DNA of 64,000 nt from a bacterium (lineage in GTDB: Bacteria; Patescibacteriota; Minisyncoccia; Sungbacterales; SURF-37), in assembly GCA_030648055.1 (NCBI GenBank), contig JAUSHI010000009.1:47722-111721 (forward strand), read 5' to 3'. Positions within the stretch are counted from its first letter, which is position 1. Each line of letters begins with the position of its first letter. The notes under the pieces were generated by a model. That model was given only the letters and a program-made list of their open reading frames with translations, did no database searches and was not told the DNA's origin. Shown piece after piece: positions 9,823-20,684 of the stretch. Position numbers and translations under genes: made by a program.

Positions 9823-10221
9823 ATGAAAAAGGCATGGACGGTCGTATTTGCTCTGCTTTTCGTTTTCGTGTTCGGGCAGGCGTCTGCGGATGAGCTGGGG
9901 TTCGACCCCCAGCTGCTCGTCGGAGAGTACCATGGGACCTTCAAGGTGGAGGAGGGTGGCCAAACCATCAGTGGGTCAGTCTATGTCACTATCAAGAGCG
10001 TGGAGGGTGACAAGGTGGCGTGGGTTTTGTACTTCTCCGCGTCGGTTAGCAATGCCAGCTTCAACCGTGATATCAACGGTATGGGAAAGCTGGAGGGGAA
10101 TACGATTTCCTCCAATCGCGGAGGAGCCACAGTGGTGCTCAATGTGGTGGATAAGGACACGATTGATGGGTACGCTCGCGTGCGTAGCGCCACCAAGTTC
10201 ACGGTTACGAGGAAGAAGTAG
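9823..10221 (+). CDS. Secreted beta-rich hypothetical protein
   Basis: Signal peptide MKKAWTVVFALLFVFVFGQASA|D; SD AGGAGG. Confidence 0.75.
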   Translation: MKKAWTVVFALLFVFVFGQASADELGFDPQLLVGEYHGTFKVEEGGQTISGSVYVTIKSVEGDKVAWVLYFSASVSNASFNRDINGMGKLEGNTISSNRGGATVVLNVVDKDTIDGYARVRSATKFTVTRKK

Positions 10222-10538
10222 CTCAAACCCCTCTGATTCACCAAGGTCCGCCTCCTGACGGACCTTTTAAATTTCATAAAGATGAAATAGTGCTGAAAGC
10301 TTATGCGATAAATGGCACCACCCCGCGTTTTCAAAGCCACGGTTTTTATGGATTTACGAGGCAAATACGTTGTACCTGAATATCCGATGCTGTTCTCATT
10401 TTGGTTATAATAATTTATATTGAGGATGCGGTGCGGTAGTGATTTTACTTGGAGAGGTAACAATTTTTGGGTAAAAAATTTAATCAATAATTCAAATTAG
10501 CTGACGAAATCGCGACACGCAAAGTTTGTTTGTAAAAT

Positions 10539-10991
10539 ATGATATGGTATCTTAAAAAACGAGGAGTGTCCTTTTTAGAAAAGCAGGTGACCTGTGAAGA
10601 AAAAGAGATTGCCGCCGCACTTAAAAGATATTTTTCCATACTTAATACGCATGATTTAGATGGGCTTAGTGATATTCTGGCTGAAGATGCCGAGATGCAT
10701 TCGTATGCCGCCGGCAATCGTATGGTTGGGAAAGACGAGTTTATAAAAATTGTGAAAAAAATATTTCAAGGTGTTCGGCCGATTTATATGGAAAATACAA
10801 TGATAAGAATTGTCGGCGAATCGGCAATCGTCAATACGCTGTACTTACTACATTCTCATGGCCACGCATACGGTCCACAAAGAACACAGTTTGAATTTAA
10901 AAAAGAAAATGGTGGTTGGAAATTACATACACAGCTTTTTCTTGATCAGAATGTCTCCGGTAGCACCCCGTCAAAGCAAGATGTTACCTAA
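10539..10991 (+). CDS. NTF2/SnoaL-like fold protein
   Basis: YFSILNTHDLDGLSDILAEDA...GKDEF...FKKENGGWKL pattern. Confidence 0.75.
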   Translation: MIWYLKKRGVSFLEKQVTCEEKEIAAALKRYFSILNTHDLDGLSDILAEDAEMHSYAAGNRMVGKDEFIKIVKKIFQGVRPIYMENTMIRIVGESAIVNTLYLLHSHGHAYGPQRTQFEFKKENGGWKLHTQLFLDQNVSGSTPSKQDVT

Positions 10992-11027
10992 AAGTTAAAA
11001 GTAATATATCTAAAATTTATATTTTGT

Positions 11028-12047
11028 ATGGAAAAACCACACCGCTACGATAATAAAGAAGATATTTTATCGCAGCTAGACGCTTTATTAAAAAATGATT
11101 ATTTGGTGGTACAAATAGGGTTTGCTTTGGAGCGAATAGGTTTTTTTAAATTATTAGAGGAGCGGGGTAAAATCAATTTTAAAGAAATTGTTGAACTATT
11201 AAAAGTGCGAGAAGATTATTTAAGGGTGTGTACGGATTTTTTATGGGCGGCATCAAGTATTCTTGAAAGAGACAAGGATTTTTTTTCTTTGAAATATAAA
11301 ACCGTTGGACGAGGATTGTGGTGGTTGGCGGCGTATAAGCCGGTTCTTGATAATTTGGCCGGGCTTCTTACCGGAGAAAAATTATACGGCCGTGACGTAA
11401 AGCGAATCGGTCATTATCTCCAAAAAGCGTCGGATTTATCAAATCAGGATGCCGCAGATAAGGCTTTGTATTTATTAAGAAACGAAGGCGGCATTTTGGT
11501 AGATATGGGATGCGGGTCTGCCCATACACTAATTACATATTGCCAGGAAAAAGCAGGGCGCTATGGGGTCGGCATTGATGTAGATCCGGAAACTGTGCAA
11601 GAGGCGCGGCGGCACGTGAAAGGCGCGGCGCTGGAAGGATCCATTAGTATAGTTGAAAGCGATGCGTTTGAAGTTGAGAGATGGAGGGACGCAGTTCTTA
11701 AAAAACAGAAGGTTTTATTTTTGTTAAACACCGTTCTGCATGAATTTTTTCGGAACGGCGACGAAGCTGTGGCGGGCTTTTTACAGGAACTGAAAAAAGA
11801 ATTTCAAGATTCTAAATTGATTATTATTGAATTTGATGCCTGGGAGTTCAGCAAAATTAAAGAAGAGAAAGACAGAAATAAGGCCGCAGCTTTTTATGCG
11901 GCCAGATATCAATTAGTTCATCCTTTAACCGATCAGGGCATGCCACGGTCGCGTAAGGAGTGGGAAGATGTGATTAAAAAAGGGGGCTGGCAAGTAAAAG
12001 ATATTATACCCGCAGAATATAATTTGGTCATTTATAATTGCGCATAA
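11028..12047 (+). CDS. SAM-dependent methyltransferase resembling MppJ/MrsA 2-oxo-acid C3-methyltransferases
   Basis: N-terminal dimerisation region, VDMGCGSA, GVGIDV, LHEF and YQLVHP.....P....W......GW. Confidence 0.7.
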   Translation: MEKPHRYDNKEDILSQLDALLKNDYLVVQIGFALERIGFFKLLEERGKINFKEIVELLKVREDYLRVCTDFLWAASSILERDKDFFSLKYKTVGRGLWWLAAYKPVLDNLAGLLTGEKLYGRDVKRIGHYLQKASDLSNQDAADKALYLLRNEGGILVDMGCGSAHTLITYCQEKAGRYGVGIDVDPETVQEARRHVKGAALEGSISIVESDAFEVERWRDAVLKKQKVLFLLNTVLHEFFRNGDEAVAGFLQELKKEFQDSKLIIIEFDAWEFSKIKEEKDRNKAAAFYAARYQLVHPLTDQGMPRSRKEWEDVIKKGGWQVKDIIPAEYNLVIYNCA

Positions 12048-12102
12048 TATACCAAGATTATAGCGGGCCCGCGATGGGTTTTTTGGCATAGTGATGACTT
12101 TT

Positions 12103-13401
12103 CTATAGCGACTCATCAACATATGGAACAGTTTTGCCGTGGTTTGTAAGATTTGGCAGATAGCTCACAATTTTTATATCGGTTATAATATTACAGTCAT
12201 CTTTTAGTTGTCTTTTTAAAGATTCTAACTTGTTTGGCGGGACTTTTCCGTTGGCAATAATCCTTAATTCCAGGCGCCCGGATGTTATTCTGGCTAACTG
12301 GTATTGCACGATGAATCTGTCAAAATTATTTATTACGCCACTTATCTCAAGTAGCGTGATATGATTTTGACCGATATTAAGTGCGATTCCATCGCGGCCG
12401 TTGATAAAAAGCCTTTTTGACCGTACGCCGCAACGGCACCGTTTTTTCAGGATGACGCCGATATCACCTGTTTTATATCTGATGAAGGGCATAATCCGGT
12501 TATAAAAGTGAGTGAGCACTACATGGCCACTTTCTCCGTTAGCAACGGCACCCCCAGCATTATTAATTATTTCAACAATGAATGATTCCTCATTAATATG
12601 AAATCCTTTGTGCTCGGCGCATTCCATTCCAACCGGACCGAATTCCTCCAAACCGTACAGGTCATAGACACCCCCCTTGTTGCTCAGAATATTTTCAATA
12701 AAATATCGCTGGCCGTAAGATAAATTTTCTCCGTAAGATATTATGTAAGGAATTTTAATTGGTTGTACGCCAACACCAGCTTCTGCCATTGTACGCCCGA
12801 CCTCGGCCAATATCGTCGGAACACTTTCTAAAATAAAAGGCTGGAATGTTCCCAGCTTACTAATGACAGATCGGGCATTTTTTCTGACGTCCGAAACCGG
12901 AATAAATAAATAATTTTTTTTCAGCGGCATCGGCCGGAATCCTATGTGGGCGACTTTTAGCGCATCCATATTTTTATTGAATCCTTCCCAAAACAGAAAT
13001 CTGTATTTCGTAAAATCGTAATATCGTTTATCACCATAAACAGCGCTGACTAGGGTAATTGGGAACCGAAATGGTTCTCCAGTGGTGCCCGATGTCTGGC
13101 GCCATATGTATTTTCCTTGGTAATTCCAGTTTAGCAACAGGTTCCGGTCTTGCTGCTTTAGCGTTCTTTTGTCCATGATCGGGAGAATATCTATATCGTT
13201 GCGCGTTTTTATGCTGTCGGGATTTATTTTTGATTCTTTAAGTATGCGCGTGTAAAAAGGGACACCATCGTACGCAATTCCCAATAGTTTTTTTAGTTGA
13301 TGCGATTGCCACGCGTACACAATCGGCGAGGGGAGCTGATGTATAATGCTCCAGGCAGAAAATTTTATTTTGTTGTTTAAATTTTTTAGAAGCTGAATCA
13401 T
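12103..13401 (-). CDS. PaaK/CapK-like adenylate-forming enzyme
   Basis: TSGTTGEP, YGLEE, ECAEHKGFH, MPFIRYKTGD, C.CG, GR. Confidence 0.85.
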   Translation of the reverse strand: MIQLLKNLNNKIKFSAWSIIHQLPSPIVYAWQSHQLKKLLGIAYDGVPFYTRILKESKINPDSIKTRNDIDILPIMDKRTLKQQDRNLLLNWNYQGKYIWRQTSGTTGEPFRFPITLVSAVYGDKRYYDFTKYRFLFWEGFNKNMDALKVAHIGFRPMPLKKNYLFIPVSDVRKNARSVISKLGTFQPFILESVPTILAEVGRTMAEAGVGVQPIKIPYIISYGENLSYGQRYFIENILSNKGGVYDLYGLEEFGPVGMECAEHKGFHINEESFIVEIINNAGGAVANGESGHVVLTHFYNRIMPFIRYKTGDIGVILKKRCRCGVRSKRLFINGRDGIALNIGQNHITLLEISGVINNFDRFIVQYQLARITSGRLELRIIANGKVPPNKLESLKRQLKDDCNIITDIKIVSYLPNLTNHGKTVPYVDESL

Positions 13402-13413
13402 GGAGGCCGTCGT

Positions 13414-14391
13414 TTAATTGTTGGTACTTGTCATGAGATTTAATATTTCCCGAATAAAATCTTCTTTTTGCGGAAGAGCGTACTTGCCGAAGCCATAAGG
13501 AATAGGAACATTTGCGGCCCCCAATTTTATAATTTTTATATCTGGACACGAACTCCGCGCGATATTTTCTATAATCGGGTAAAGTCCTCCTCCGGCCAGC
13601 GGTTCTTCGTCGGCAATAAGCAGCCTTTTTGTTTTACGGGAAGTTTCTTTTATTTTTTCTGTATCAAGGGGTTTAAGGCTGACTAAATCTAAGATTTCCA
13701 CATCTACGCCTTGTGTTTTCAGTTCGTCAGCGGCACTCTCCGCCATATCCGTCATTTGCGCGTGGGTTATTATTGTTACATCTTTGCCGGTTCTTCTGTA
13801 CTCTGCTTTTCCGGACGGGTATTTATAATCGGCATCGGTGGGTTGGCCTAATTTTTTATATAAACCCCAGTGTTCAAGAAAAATAATGACCTTACCCGTT
13901 GAAGTAAAGGCCGTGCGCAAAAGTCCTTGTGCCTGCTGCACTGTGCTCGGCGATATAATCACTACTCCAAGAAAATTAAAAAATTGGGAAATGAAAGGAA
14001 TGGAAAGTTGTCCGCCCACCTTGCCGCCCCCCCAACGCACTCTTATGATTGTTGATGGCATGGTTGTGCGCGTGCACATCATGCTCCATATTCCCGATAA
14101 GAAAATATCAGAAGCGGCAATGGTAATAAGCGTGCCGTGGGCAAACTCTACTATTGGACGAAGTCCCGCTTGCGCGGCCCCCAGAGCAATGCCTACAAAA
14201 AGCTCTTCATTGATAGGCGTTTCTCGTATTCGTTCTTCACCAAATTCATCAATGAATCCTTTGGTAATGCCGTCTCTTCCCCCCCATTTTCCTATGTCCT
14301 CTCCCATTATGAAAAGGCGAGAGTCCTTTCTCATCTCATCATGGAGGACTTCTTTGATTGCCTCGGATATTGTGATGTTATTTGTTGACAT
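13414..14391 (-). CDS. TPP-dependent 2-oxo-acid dehydrogenase E1 beta-like subunit
   Basis: GEDIG, FGEERIRETPINE, GLRPIVE, GKDVTII, DLVSLKPLD. Confidence 0.88.
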   Translation of the reverse strand: MSTNNITISEAIKEVLHDEMRKDSRLFIMGEDIGKWGGRDGITKGFIDEFGEERIRETPINEELFVGIALGAAQAGLRPIVEFAHGTLITIAASDIFLSGIWSMMCTRTTMPSTIIRVRWGGGKVGGQLSIPFISQFFNFLGVVIISPSTVQQAQGLLRTAFTSTGKVIIFLEHWGLYKKLGQPTDADYKYPSGKAEYRRTGKDVTIITHAQMTDMAESAADELKTQGVDVEILDLVSLKPLDTEKIKETSRKTKRLLIADEEPLAGGGLYPIIENIARSSCPDIKIIKLGAANVPIPYGFGKYALPQKEDFIREILNLMTSTNN

Positions 14392-15463
14392 CGGAGTTTT
14401 CCATTAATAGTTCATCTTTAGATAACTCTTTTTGCGCACGCGCCTGGTCAAGGGCCTCTTGTACTTCACGTTCTGCCTTTTTTTCCAATACAGAAAGAGA
14501 AGCTTCGTCGGCAATATTATGTGCAATAATTTTTTTTCGCGTTGAAAGAACGGGGTCTGTCTGCTCTTTGTTGGCGGTGTCCAGAAAATTATTATCCAAC
14601 GTGTCCGACATAAAAAAAGCTTCGTGTGGTACACGCCTATAAGTTTTTATTTCTAAAAAAGCCGGAGCAGATTCGTGTCTTGTTTTTTCAAACATTTTTT
14701 TTGCTACAGGGAAAACTTTAAATAAGTCATCACCCTCGACGCAGTCGGAAAATAAGCCGATTGATCTCGCCTTTTCAAAATATGGCCTGGCGGTAAGACG
14801 AGACAGCGGTGTTGTTACGGAAAGCTGATTATTTTCGCATACCCAAATAATCGGCAATTTCCAAAGCACAGAAAGATTAAGCGCGCTGTATAATGTTCCT
14901 CGAGAGGCCGCACCGTCTCCGAAGAATATGGCAACGACACGGTCGTCATTAAAAAATCTTGCCGCCACACCCATGCCGACTGCGATTGAAAAACCGTTTC
15001 CCAGCATGCCCCCCTGGGGGAAAACGCCATATTGCGGTAACATAAAATTTATAGGTGAGACGCCTTTACCCATGCAAACGCCAGTTTTTTTACCCAAAAT
15101 TTCTGCGGCGATAGCTCTTAACGGAACACCCTTACTTAGTGCCACAGCAAAACCTCTATAGTAAGGAAGCAGAAAGTCTTTATTCTCTAAAAGTCCGCCA
15201 ACGGCGGCCTGTCCGGCTTCTTGCCCTCTTCCTTCGAAAAAACTTCTTTTTAGGAGCATATTTTTATCAGCCAGCTCCTTGACTTTTATTTCCAAAATTC
15301 TTGCCGTGACCATATGTTCCCACATTTTTAACACTGCTGCCCCTAATTCCGTATTTTTTTTTAAAAAACTATCGTTAAAAAGCGCAGTCTCGTCGTTGTT
15401 GCCATGGTTGCCCCCCCTTTTTTCTTCTGGTAGTGTCATAATATCGGGTTGGTTTATGCGCAA
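14378..15463 (-). CDS. TPP-dependent 2-oxo-acid dehydrogenase E1 alpha-like subunit
   Basis: GQEA, YR, TPP motif GDGA...ENN, KTYR...H. Confidence 0.88.
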   Translation of the reverse strand: MRINQPDIMTLPEEKRGGNHGNNDETALFNDSFLKKNTELGAAVLKMWEHMVTARILEIKVKELADKNMLLKRSFFEGRGQEAGQAAVGGLLENKDFLLPYYRGFAVALSKGVPLRAIAAEILGKKTGVCMGKGVSPINFMLPQYGVFPQGGMLGNGFSIAVGMGVAARFFNDDRVVAIFFGDGAASRGTLYSALNLSVLWKLPIIWVCENNQLSVTTPLSRLTARPYFEKARSIGLFSDCVEGDDLFKVFPVAKKMFEKTRHESAPAFLEIKTYRRVPHEAFFMSDTLDNNFLDTANKEQTDPVLSTRKKIIAHNIADEASLSVLEKKAEREVQEALDQARAQKELSKDELLMENSDVNK

Positions 15464-15498
15464 ACCCCTAAATAATTTATAGAAACAACTATATAATT

Positions 15499-16245
15499 AT
15501 GTTTTTAGCAGATTCTTTAAAATATATTTCGGCCGATTTTTATGAAAAGACTGTTGGTACGCCGCTGGAAAAAAAATCAATAATGAGGGTTGCGCAAATT
15601 GTGCGGGCCAGGGCGCTTGAAGGAAGCAAAAAAAACGTTCTTGACATAGGTTGTGGAAGCGGTGTGCTCGCCGTAGAATTGGCCGACATTAAAACAATAG
15701 AATATATCGGTATAGATATCAATGAAGGGTTTATAAAGAGGGCTCGGGAGCGATTAAATTCTCATCATAATTTTACCTTTTTCGTAGAGGATATAGCGCG
15801 ATATTGCCCGAATCTTAAATTTGATATAATTATTCTTTGCGGCACCTATCATCATATTCCGGACGAGCATAAAGCCGTTGTGCTACGGCGGGTTGCAAGC
15901 GTTCTTGCGGAAAGAGGCATCGTGGTTTTATATGAAAAATTGCTTGCTCCGTATTCCACAAAAAAAGAGTTTATTTCCGCAAATAGGATTTTTTATAGAA
16001 AAAGATTTGCTGCTCAATTTCTCGCCGGAGAAATAGGACCCCGGCATCTATTGGCCCTTCTAAAAATAGGTTTAGGGGATATATCTGCGTTTCAGGAATA
16101 TAAGATTGATTATCAGCGCCTCATCTCATATTTTTTTTCGCACGGGCTTGTACCTGTTGAAGAACACAAGATCTGGCCAGCAAGAAATTTATTCAAAAAA
16201 AATAATATCGGCGATTTTATTTTTGTATTTGCACATGGAAATTAA
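15499..16245 (+). CDS. Class I SAM-dependent methyltransferase
   Basis: VLDIGCGSG, GIDIN, FDIII...YHHIPD. Confidence 0.85.
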   Translation: MFLADSLKYISADFYEKTVGTPLEKKSIMRVAQIVRARALEGSKKNVLDIGCGSGVLAVELADIKTIEYIGIDINEGFIKRARERLNSHHNFTFFVEDIARYCPNLKFDIIILCGTYHHIPDEHKAVVLRRVASVLAERGIVVLYEKLLAPYSTKKEFISANRIFYRKRFAAQFLAGEIGPRHLLALLKIGLGDISAFQEYKIDYQRLISYFFSHGLVPVEEHKIWPARNLFKKNNIGDFIFVFAHGN

Positions 16246-17008
16246 ATTTCATAATAAAATAATACTAGTTACCGGATCAACGCGTGGTATCGGGAAAGAA
16301 ATTGCCCGAGCATTTGGAGAGGCCGGGGGCAACATCATTATTAATTCCAGGCGGGAAGAGGCGGTTGAGGATACGGTAGATGAATTTAGAAAGTCCGGTT
16401 ATCAGGCTGTCGGTTACGCCGCGGATGTCGGCAGTTGGGATTCGGTTAAAAAACTCATGGAATTTATAGGAGCGACACACAAACGTCTGGATGTGATCGT
16501 TAATAATGCGGGAATCAGTTTTCCTTTGGCGGGCGTTAGTGAAATGGCGGTGGAAGATTGGGATAATATCTTGAAGACAAATCTTAGCGGTCCGTTCTTT
16601 GTCGCTAAAGCGGGGCTTCCACTCATGCAGTATGCCGGTGGAGGAAGTATAATTAATATAGGTTCCATGGCTTATCTCCTACAGATAGGATCGCCTAATC
16701 CAGCATATAGCGCCGCTAAGGGCGGATTAGTTTCTCTTACCAAAGCTTTGGTTAAGGATTGCTCGCCTCATAAAATTCGCGTAAATGCGATCAGTCCCTG
16801 GTATGTAAAAAATGATAAATTTGATGATATTTTTAAAAAAGCAGGAATTGACCAGAATTATGCGGCCGAACGGAATCCATTAGGCAGGACCGCTTTACCG
16901 GCAGATATTTCCAGTTTGGCGTTATTTCTGGCTTCAGACCACGCGTCGTTTATTAGCGGTCAAGTAATTCATGTTAGCGGAGCGGCAGAGGTTTTGATTA
17001 GAAAATAA
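16235..17008 (+). CDS. SDR family oxidoreductase (FabG-like)
   Basis: TGSTRGIG, NNAG, YSAAK, IRVNAISP. Confidence 0.92.
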   Translation: MEIKFHNKIILVTGSTRGIGKEIARAFGEAGGNIIINSRREEAVEDTVDEFRKSGYQAVGYAADVGSWDSVKKLMEFIGATHKRLDVIVNNAGISFPLAGVSEMAVEDWDNILKTNLSGPFFVAKAGLPLMQYAGGGSIINIGSMAYLLQIGSPNPAYSAAKGGLVSLTKALVKDCSPHKIRVNAISPWYVKNDKFDDIFKKAGIDQNYAAERNPLGRTALPADISSLALFLASDHASFISGQVIHVSGAAEVLIRK

Positions 17009-17054
17009 TTTTTATAAAATCTTTTGGAGTTATTATAGTTTGATTAATAATGCC

Positions 17055-18140
17055 ATGGAAGACGTAAAAATTTTGCTTGCATTATTGCGGGTGATAATAG
17101 GACGGGATTATTTTTTCCCCACAAGCAAAACAATAAAAAATTTTGAAACCGCTTTTGCAACGCTAGTCAGTTCTGCACACGCATTCGGTGTTTCTAACGG
17201 AACTGATGCGCTAATAATGGCTCTGAAGGCCTGCGGTATACAGGCGGGTGATGAAGTAATTGTCCCGGCTTCAGGTTTCATTGCAACCGCCTCGTGTGCC
17301 GCATGGATCGGCGCGAGGCCGGTATTTGTAGATATTGATTTCCGCACTTTTAATATTAATCCCTCTCTTATAGAAAATTATATTACTATTAAAACAAAAG
17401 CAATTATTGTTACGCACCTCAATGGCAGAATGGCGGACATGGATAAAATTTCTGCTATTGCAAAAAAACATAACCTATTCCTTATAGAAGATGCGGCTCA
17501 GGCTGTAGGTTCAAAATACAGAGGGGAATCAGCGGGGCATTACGGGGACATGGCTTGTTTTAGCTTCAATCCGTCCAAGGCGTTAGCGGCTTATGGAGAC
17601 GGAGGGGCGGTGGTTACAAATAATATTTCTCTTGCGGAAAAAATATCGTTAATGAGAACATACGGCGCCCGTTTTAAGGAAATTTCCGCCCACCATAAAA
17701 TTATAGGCGTAGCGAGCCGTTTGGGGGCGTTGCAGGCCGCTATATTATTGATTAAACTTGAAAATATTTCCTCTGTTATTGAGGCATGGAGACATAATTA
17801 TTTTCTTTATTTTGAGGCGCTTCGCGGTGTTGGTGATTTGATTCTTCCGGAAGTGAGCGATGATTTTTTTATCAACGGTTATCGTTTTGTGGTGCTTACA
17901 AAAAAGAGAAACGATTTACAGCAGTTTTTAAGAAAGAACGGCGTAAATAGTCATATCCAGTACGGAGTTTCAATCCCGTATTTTGAAGCTTTTTCTTATC
18001 TTCAACATAAAAGGGGGGAGTTTCCAGAAAGCGAACGGGTGGCATTCGAAAGCATTGTTCTTCCAACTGCTCCTATTTTTCGAGAAAATGATATTTATCG
18101 CGCAGTGGCGCTTATAAAAAAGTTTTTTGCGAATTTGTAA
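17055..18140 (+). CDS. DegT/DnrJ/EryC1/StrS PLP-dependent aminotransferase
   Basis: SNGTDAL, GDEVIVP, EDAAQA, SFNPSK, GDGG. Confidence 0.93.
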   Translation: MEDVKILLALLRVIIGRDYFFPTSKTIKNFETAFATLVSSAHAFGVSNGTDALIMALKACGIQAGDEVIVPASGFIATASCAAWIGARPVFVDIDFRTFNINPSLIENYITIKTKAIIVTHLNGRMADMDKISAIAKKHNLFLIEDAAQAVGSKYRGESAGHYGDMACFSFNPSKALAAYGDGGAVVTNNISLAEKISLMRTYGARFKEISAHHKIIGVASRLGALQAAILLIKLENISSVIEAWRHNYFLYFEALRGVGDLILPEVSDDFFINGYRFVVLTKKRNDLQQFLRKNGVNSHIQYGVSIPYFEAFSYLQHKRGEFPESERVAFESIVLPTAPIFRENDIYRAVALIKKFFANL

Positions 18141-18260
18141 AGAATTATTGAGAAGGCGAAATCGGGATCGGTTATACATTTTTTAATTTGACGGTAAAAA
18201 TAAAAGATGATATCAATACATATCAAGCCAAGGTTCTTTAAAACCAAAGGAGCGGCAAAA

Positions 18261-19115
18261 ATGGGAAGTACTCATGGGTTTAATGGGAGTCGGGAAGATG
18301 TTCTAAGAATATGGGAAAAAAATTCGGAAGGGTGGTTTTCTGTCGGTTCTCCTTGGAGGCCGTCCGCCGGCGATGTAAGAGTATATCAAAAATTGTGCGG
18401 TTCAAGGATTAACGGCAGAGTGCTGATTCTTGGTTCTACTTCGGAATTGCGCGAGCTTGTAGCATCGCAACATAATAGTCCGGTTTTGGTAGACATTAGT
18501 TTCGCAATGCTTCAAAAAATGAGTCAGTCATTAACGCATGGCGACCAGGCAAATGAAATATGGATCAAATCTGATTGGTGTGAGGCGCCCCTACGGTCAA
18601 ATTACTTTGATCTTATTATCGGCGATATGGTATGGTGGGTTGTTTCGGTAGATTCACAGTTTAGACTGCGTGACAAAATAGCGGACCTTCTTGCCCCGGA
18701 CGGCATATTTGTTTCACGTTTTCGTCTGATAGGGGCGGGCAACGGACAGCACAATCCGCGCGGAGTGGTAAAGGAGTATTTGGCGAAGTACGAAGCAAAC
18801 CCTGAAAATGAAATTTTGTTGCGGAATGCCATGATGTCGCGGCTTTATGACAGTACTGCCGATGTCGGAACGAAACGTCTTAATCGCGAGAGAGCAAAAG
18901 TGATTTTGTCGGAGGTTTCGGATGGTCTGGATAATTCCAGGCACCGCGCTTTTCTTTCTGCGGCCTCAGAAAGACTTTTGAGCGCTGATTGGACAGCCCA
19001 GACGAGAGAAGAGATTTTTTCCATTTTAGCGGATAAGTTTGAGCTTTTTTCAGAGATGCACGCAACTGATTATGAGTCAGAATATTATCCAATAGTTTCA
19101 TTTAAGAAAAAATGA
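18261..19115 (+). CDS. Methyltransferase-fold protein
   Basis: VLILGSTSELR, VDIS..M, FDLIIGD, LAPDG; start uncertain (18207 or 18261). Confidence 0.7.
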   Translation: MGSTHGFNGSREDVLRIWEKNSEGWFSVGSPWRPSAGDVRVYQKLCGSRINGRVLILGSTSELRELVASQHNSPVLVDISFAMLQKMSQSLTHGDQANEIWIKSDWCEAPLRSNYFDLIIGDMVWWVVSVDSQFRLRDKIADLLAPDGIFVSRFRLIGAGNGQHNPRGVVKEYLAKYEANPENEILLRNAMMSRLYDSTADVGTKRLNRERAKVILSEVSDGLDNSRHRAFLSAASERLLSADWTAQTREEIFSILADKFELFSEMHATDYESEYYPIVSFKKK

Positions 19116-20485
19116 GCTTAAAGTGGTTTGCTAAAAAAATTATAATTTCAGCTCCTTTTTCTGTGGAGTATTCTTCGGAATATGTTCCATCTATTATCAA
19201 ATCAACCGCCAAAAGGGTTGATTTTTTATTGCAAAATTGGGCCTTGACCCAATCTGATTCTTTTTCCGGGGAAGAATGGCGTAAAATTCAGCTTATTAAA
19301 CTGAAGAAATTGTTGATTCATGCCAGAGAGGGTGTGCCTTCTTGGGATGATCTTTTTAAAAAGATCGGTTTTATTCCAGAAAAATTTGAACGATTTGAAG
19401 ACTTGCGACACATTCCGGTGATTACCCGCGCCGATATAAAAAAAATCCCGATTGAAGCTCTTACTGCCAAAAACATTCCTCGCTGGCGTTTTAAAGAAGC
19501 AGTGACATCGGGTTCTACAGGAGAGCCGCTGAAATTTTTTCAAGACCTCCGCGATAACTTACGGCGAGAGGTAAACACCTTTCATGAATTAAGATACGCT
19601 GGTGTTTCTTATCGCGATAATATAGTGGTATTGGATTTGGATAAGCATAATGATTTGAACAATTTCGGCAAGCGATTCAGCAGTATTGAGTGGGGCGACA
19701 GCAAATTCAGGCAATCCGTCATTTACCCTTATCTGAAATTAAAGCCGGCGGTGCTTATCGCCAACGGAAGCAATTTGAGAAGATTTTTATTTTTAATCCG
19801 GCAGGAAGCTCCAGACACAATTTTTAAAACTTTAATGTACCGGGGCGAGCACATAAGCAAGTCGGAGCGTAATAATATTTCCCGATTTTTTAAATGTCCA
19901 ATTTTTACCTGTTACGGCAGTCGGGAAACTTCACTTTTAGGAATTGAATGCGAATATCACAAATTACATTTAGCGCCGTGGATGAGTTATTTTGAAGTTG
20001 TATCGGACAGCGAACAAACCGTCCCCGAAGGCGATGAAGGCAATGTGGTTGTAACTTTTTTTGAAAATTTTGTTATGCCGTTTATGAGGTATAAAATTGG
20101 CGATAGGGCGATAATAAATACCGAATCGTGTTCTTGCGGCCGAAAATCAAAAACAATTAATTTTTTTGGGCGGGAGTCGGAATTTATTAAATTTCCGGAT
20201 TCCAATAAAAGCTTATCAATTCTTAGTTTGACGCGTCGCGTCGATGAAAATTATTGTAATAGTATTGGGCAGTATCAGTTTGAATTGATAGGCGAAAGGC
20301 TGATAGTATTTCGTTACGTTCCAGTTTCAGCAGTAAATGAAACGGAAAAGAATAATTTAAGCGGTTTGCTGGAAAAGGCTTTGGGGCATCAGTTTCGCAT
20401 TGTGCTGGAAGAAGTGGCGGCAATAAATCCATTAGCCGACGGCAAAACCCCAATTTTAATAAGAAATAAGCCGCGCAATTTGTAA
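19112..20485 (+). CDS. PaaK/CapK-like adenylate-forming enzyme (second paralog)
   Basis: TSGSTGEP, YGSRE, MPFMRYKIGD, CSCGR, GR. Confidence 0.85.
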   Translation: MSLKWFAKKIIISAPFSVEYSSEYVPSIIKSTAKRVDFLLQNWALTQSDSFSGEEWRKIQLIKLKKLLIHAREGVPSWDDLFKKIGFIPEKFERFEDLRHIPVITRADIKKIPIEALTAKNIPRWRFKEAVTSGSTGEPLKFFQDLRDNLRREVNTFHELRYAGVSYRDNIVVLDLDKHNDLNNFGKRFSSIEWGDSKFRQSVIYPYLKLKPAVLIANGSNLRRFLFLIRQEAPDTIFKTLMYRGEHISKSERNNISRFFKCPIFTCYGSRETSLLGIECEYHKLHLAPWMSYFEVVSDSEQTVPEGDEGNVVVTFFENFVMPFMRYKIGDRAIINTESCSCGRKSKTINFFGRESEFIKFPDSNKSLSILSLTRRVDENYCNSIGQYQFELIGERLIVFRYVPVSAVNETEKNNLSGLLEKALGHQFRIVLEEVAAINPLADGKTPILIRNKPRNL

Positions 20486-20489
20486 CGCC

Positions 20490-20618
20490 ATGAATGAATT
20501 ATTTCTAAAACTAAAAATTATCAACGCCTTGGCCAGAATTGTCTTGAAGGGGGAAAATACCGGAGATTTTATGTTAGGCAAGCCGGTCCAGATTTTTGAA
20601 CGATCTTTATTTGATTAA
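20490..20618 (+). pseudogene. 42-aa remnant resembling a DegT aminotransferase N-terminus
   Basis: MNELFLKLKIINALARIVLKGENTGDFMLGKPVQIFERSLFD* resembles the DegT F(I/M)LG..V..FE motif and the start of ORF 17055. Confidence 0.5.
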
Positions 20619-20684
20619 GTTTTAATCCCACGAGAACGAGTGTCTCATCCTTCTGACTAATTATTTATTAACAAAAGAAAATAT

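Noticed and set aside
13414-15463. Housekeeping pyruvate dehydrogenase pdhA/pdhB
   Set aside because: No E2/E3 nearby, divergent active-site loops, and embedded in a biosynthetic cluster; gene symbols withheld.
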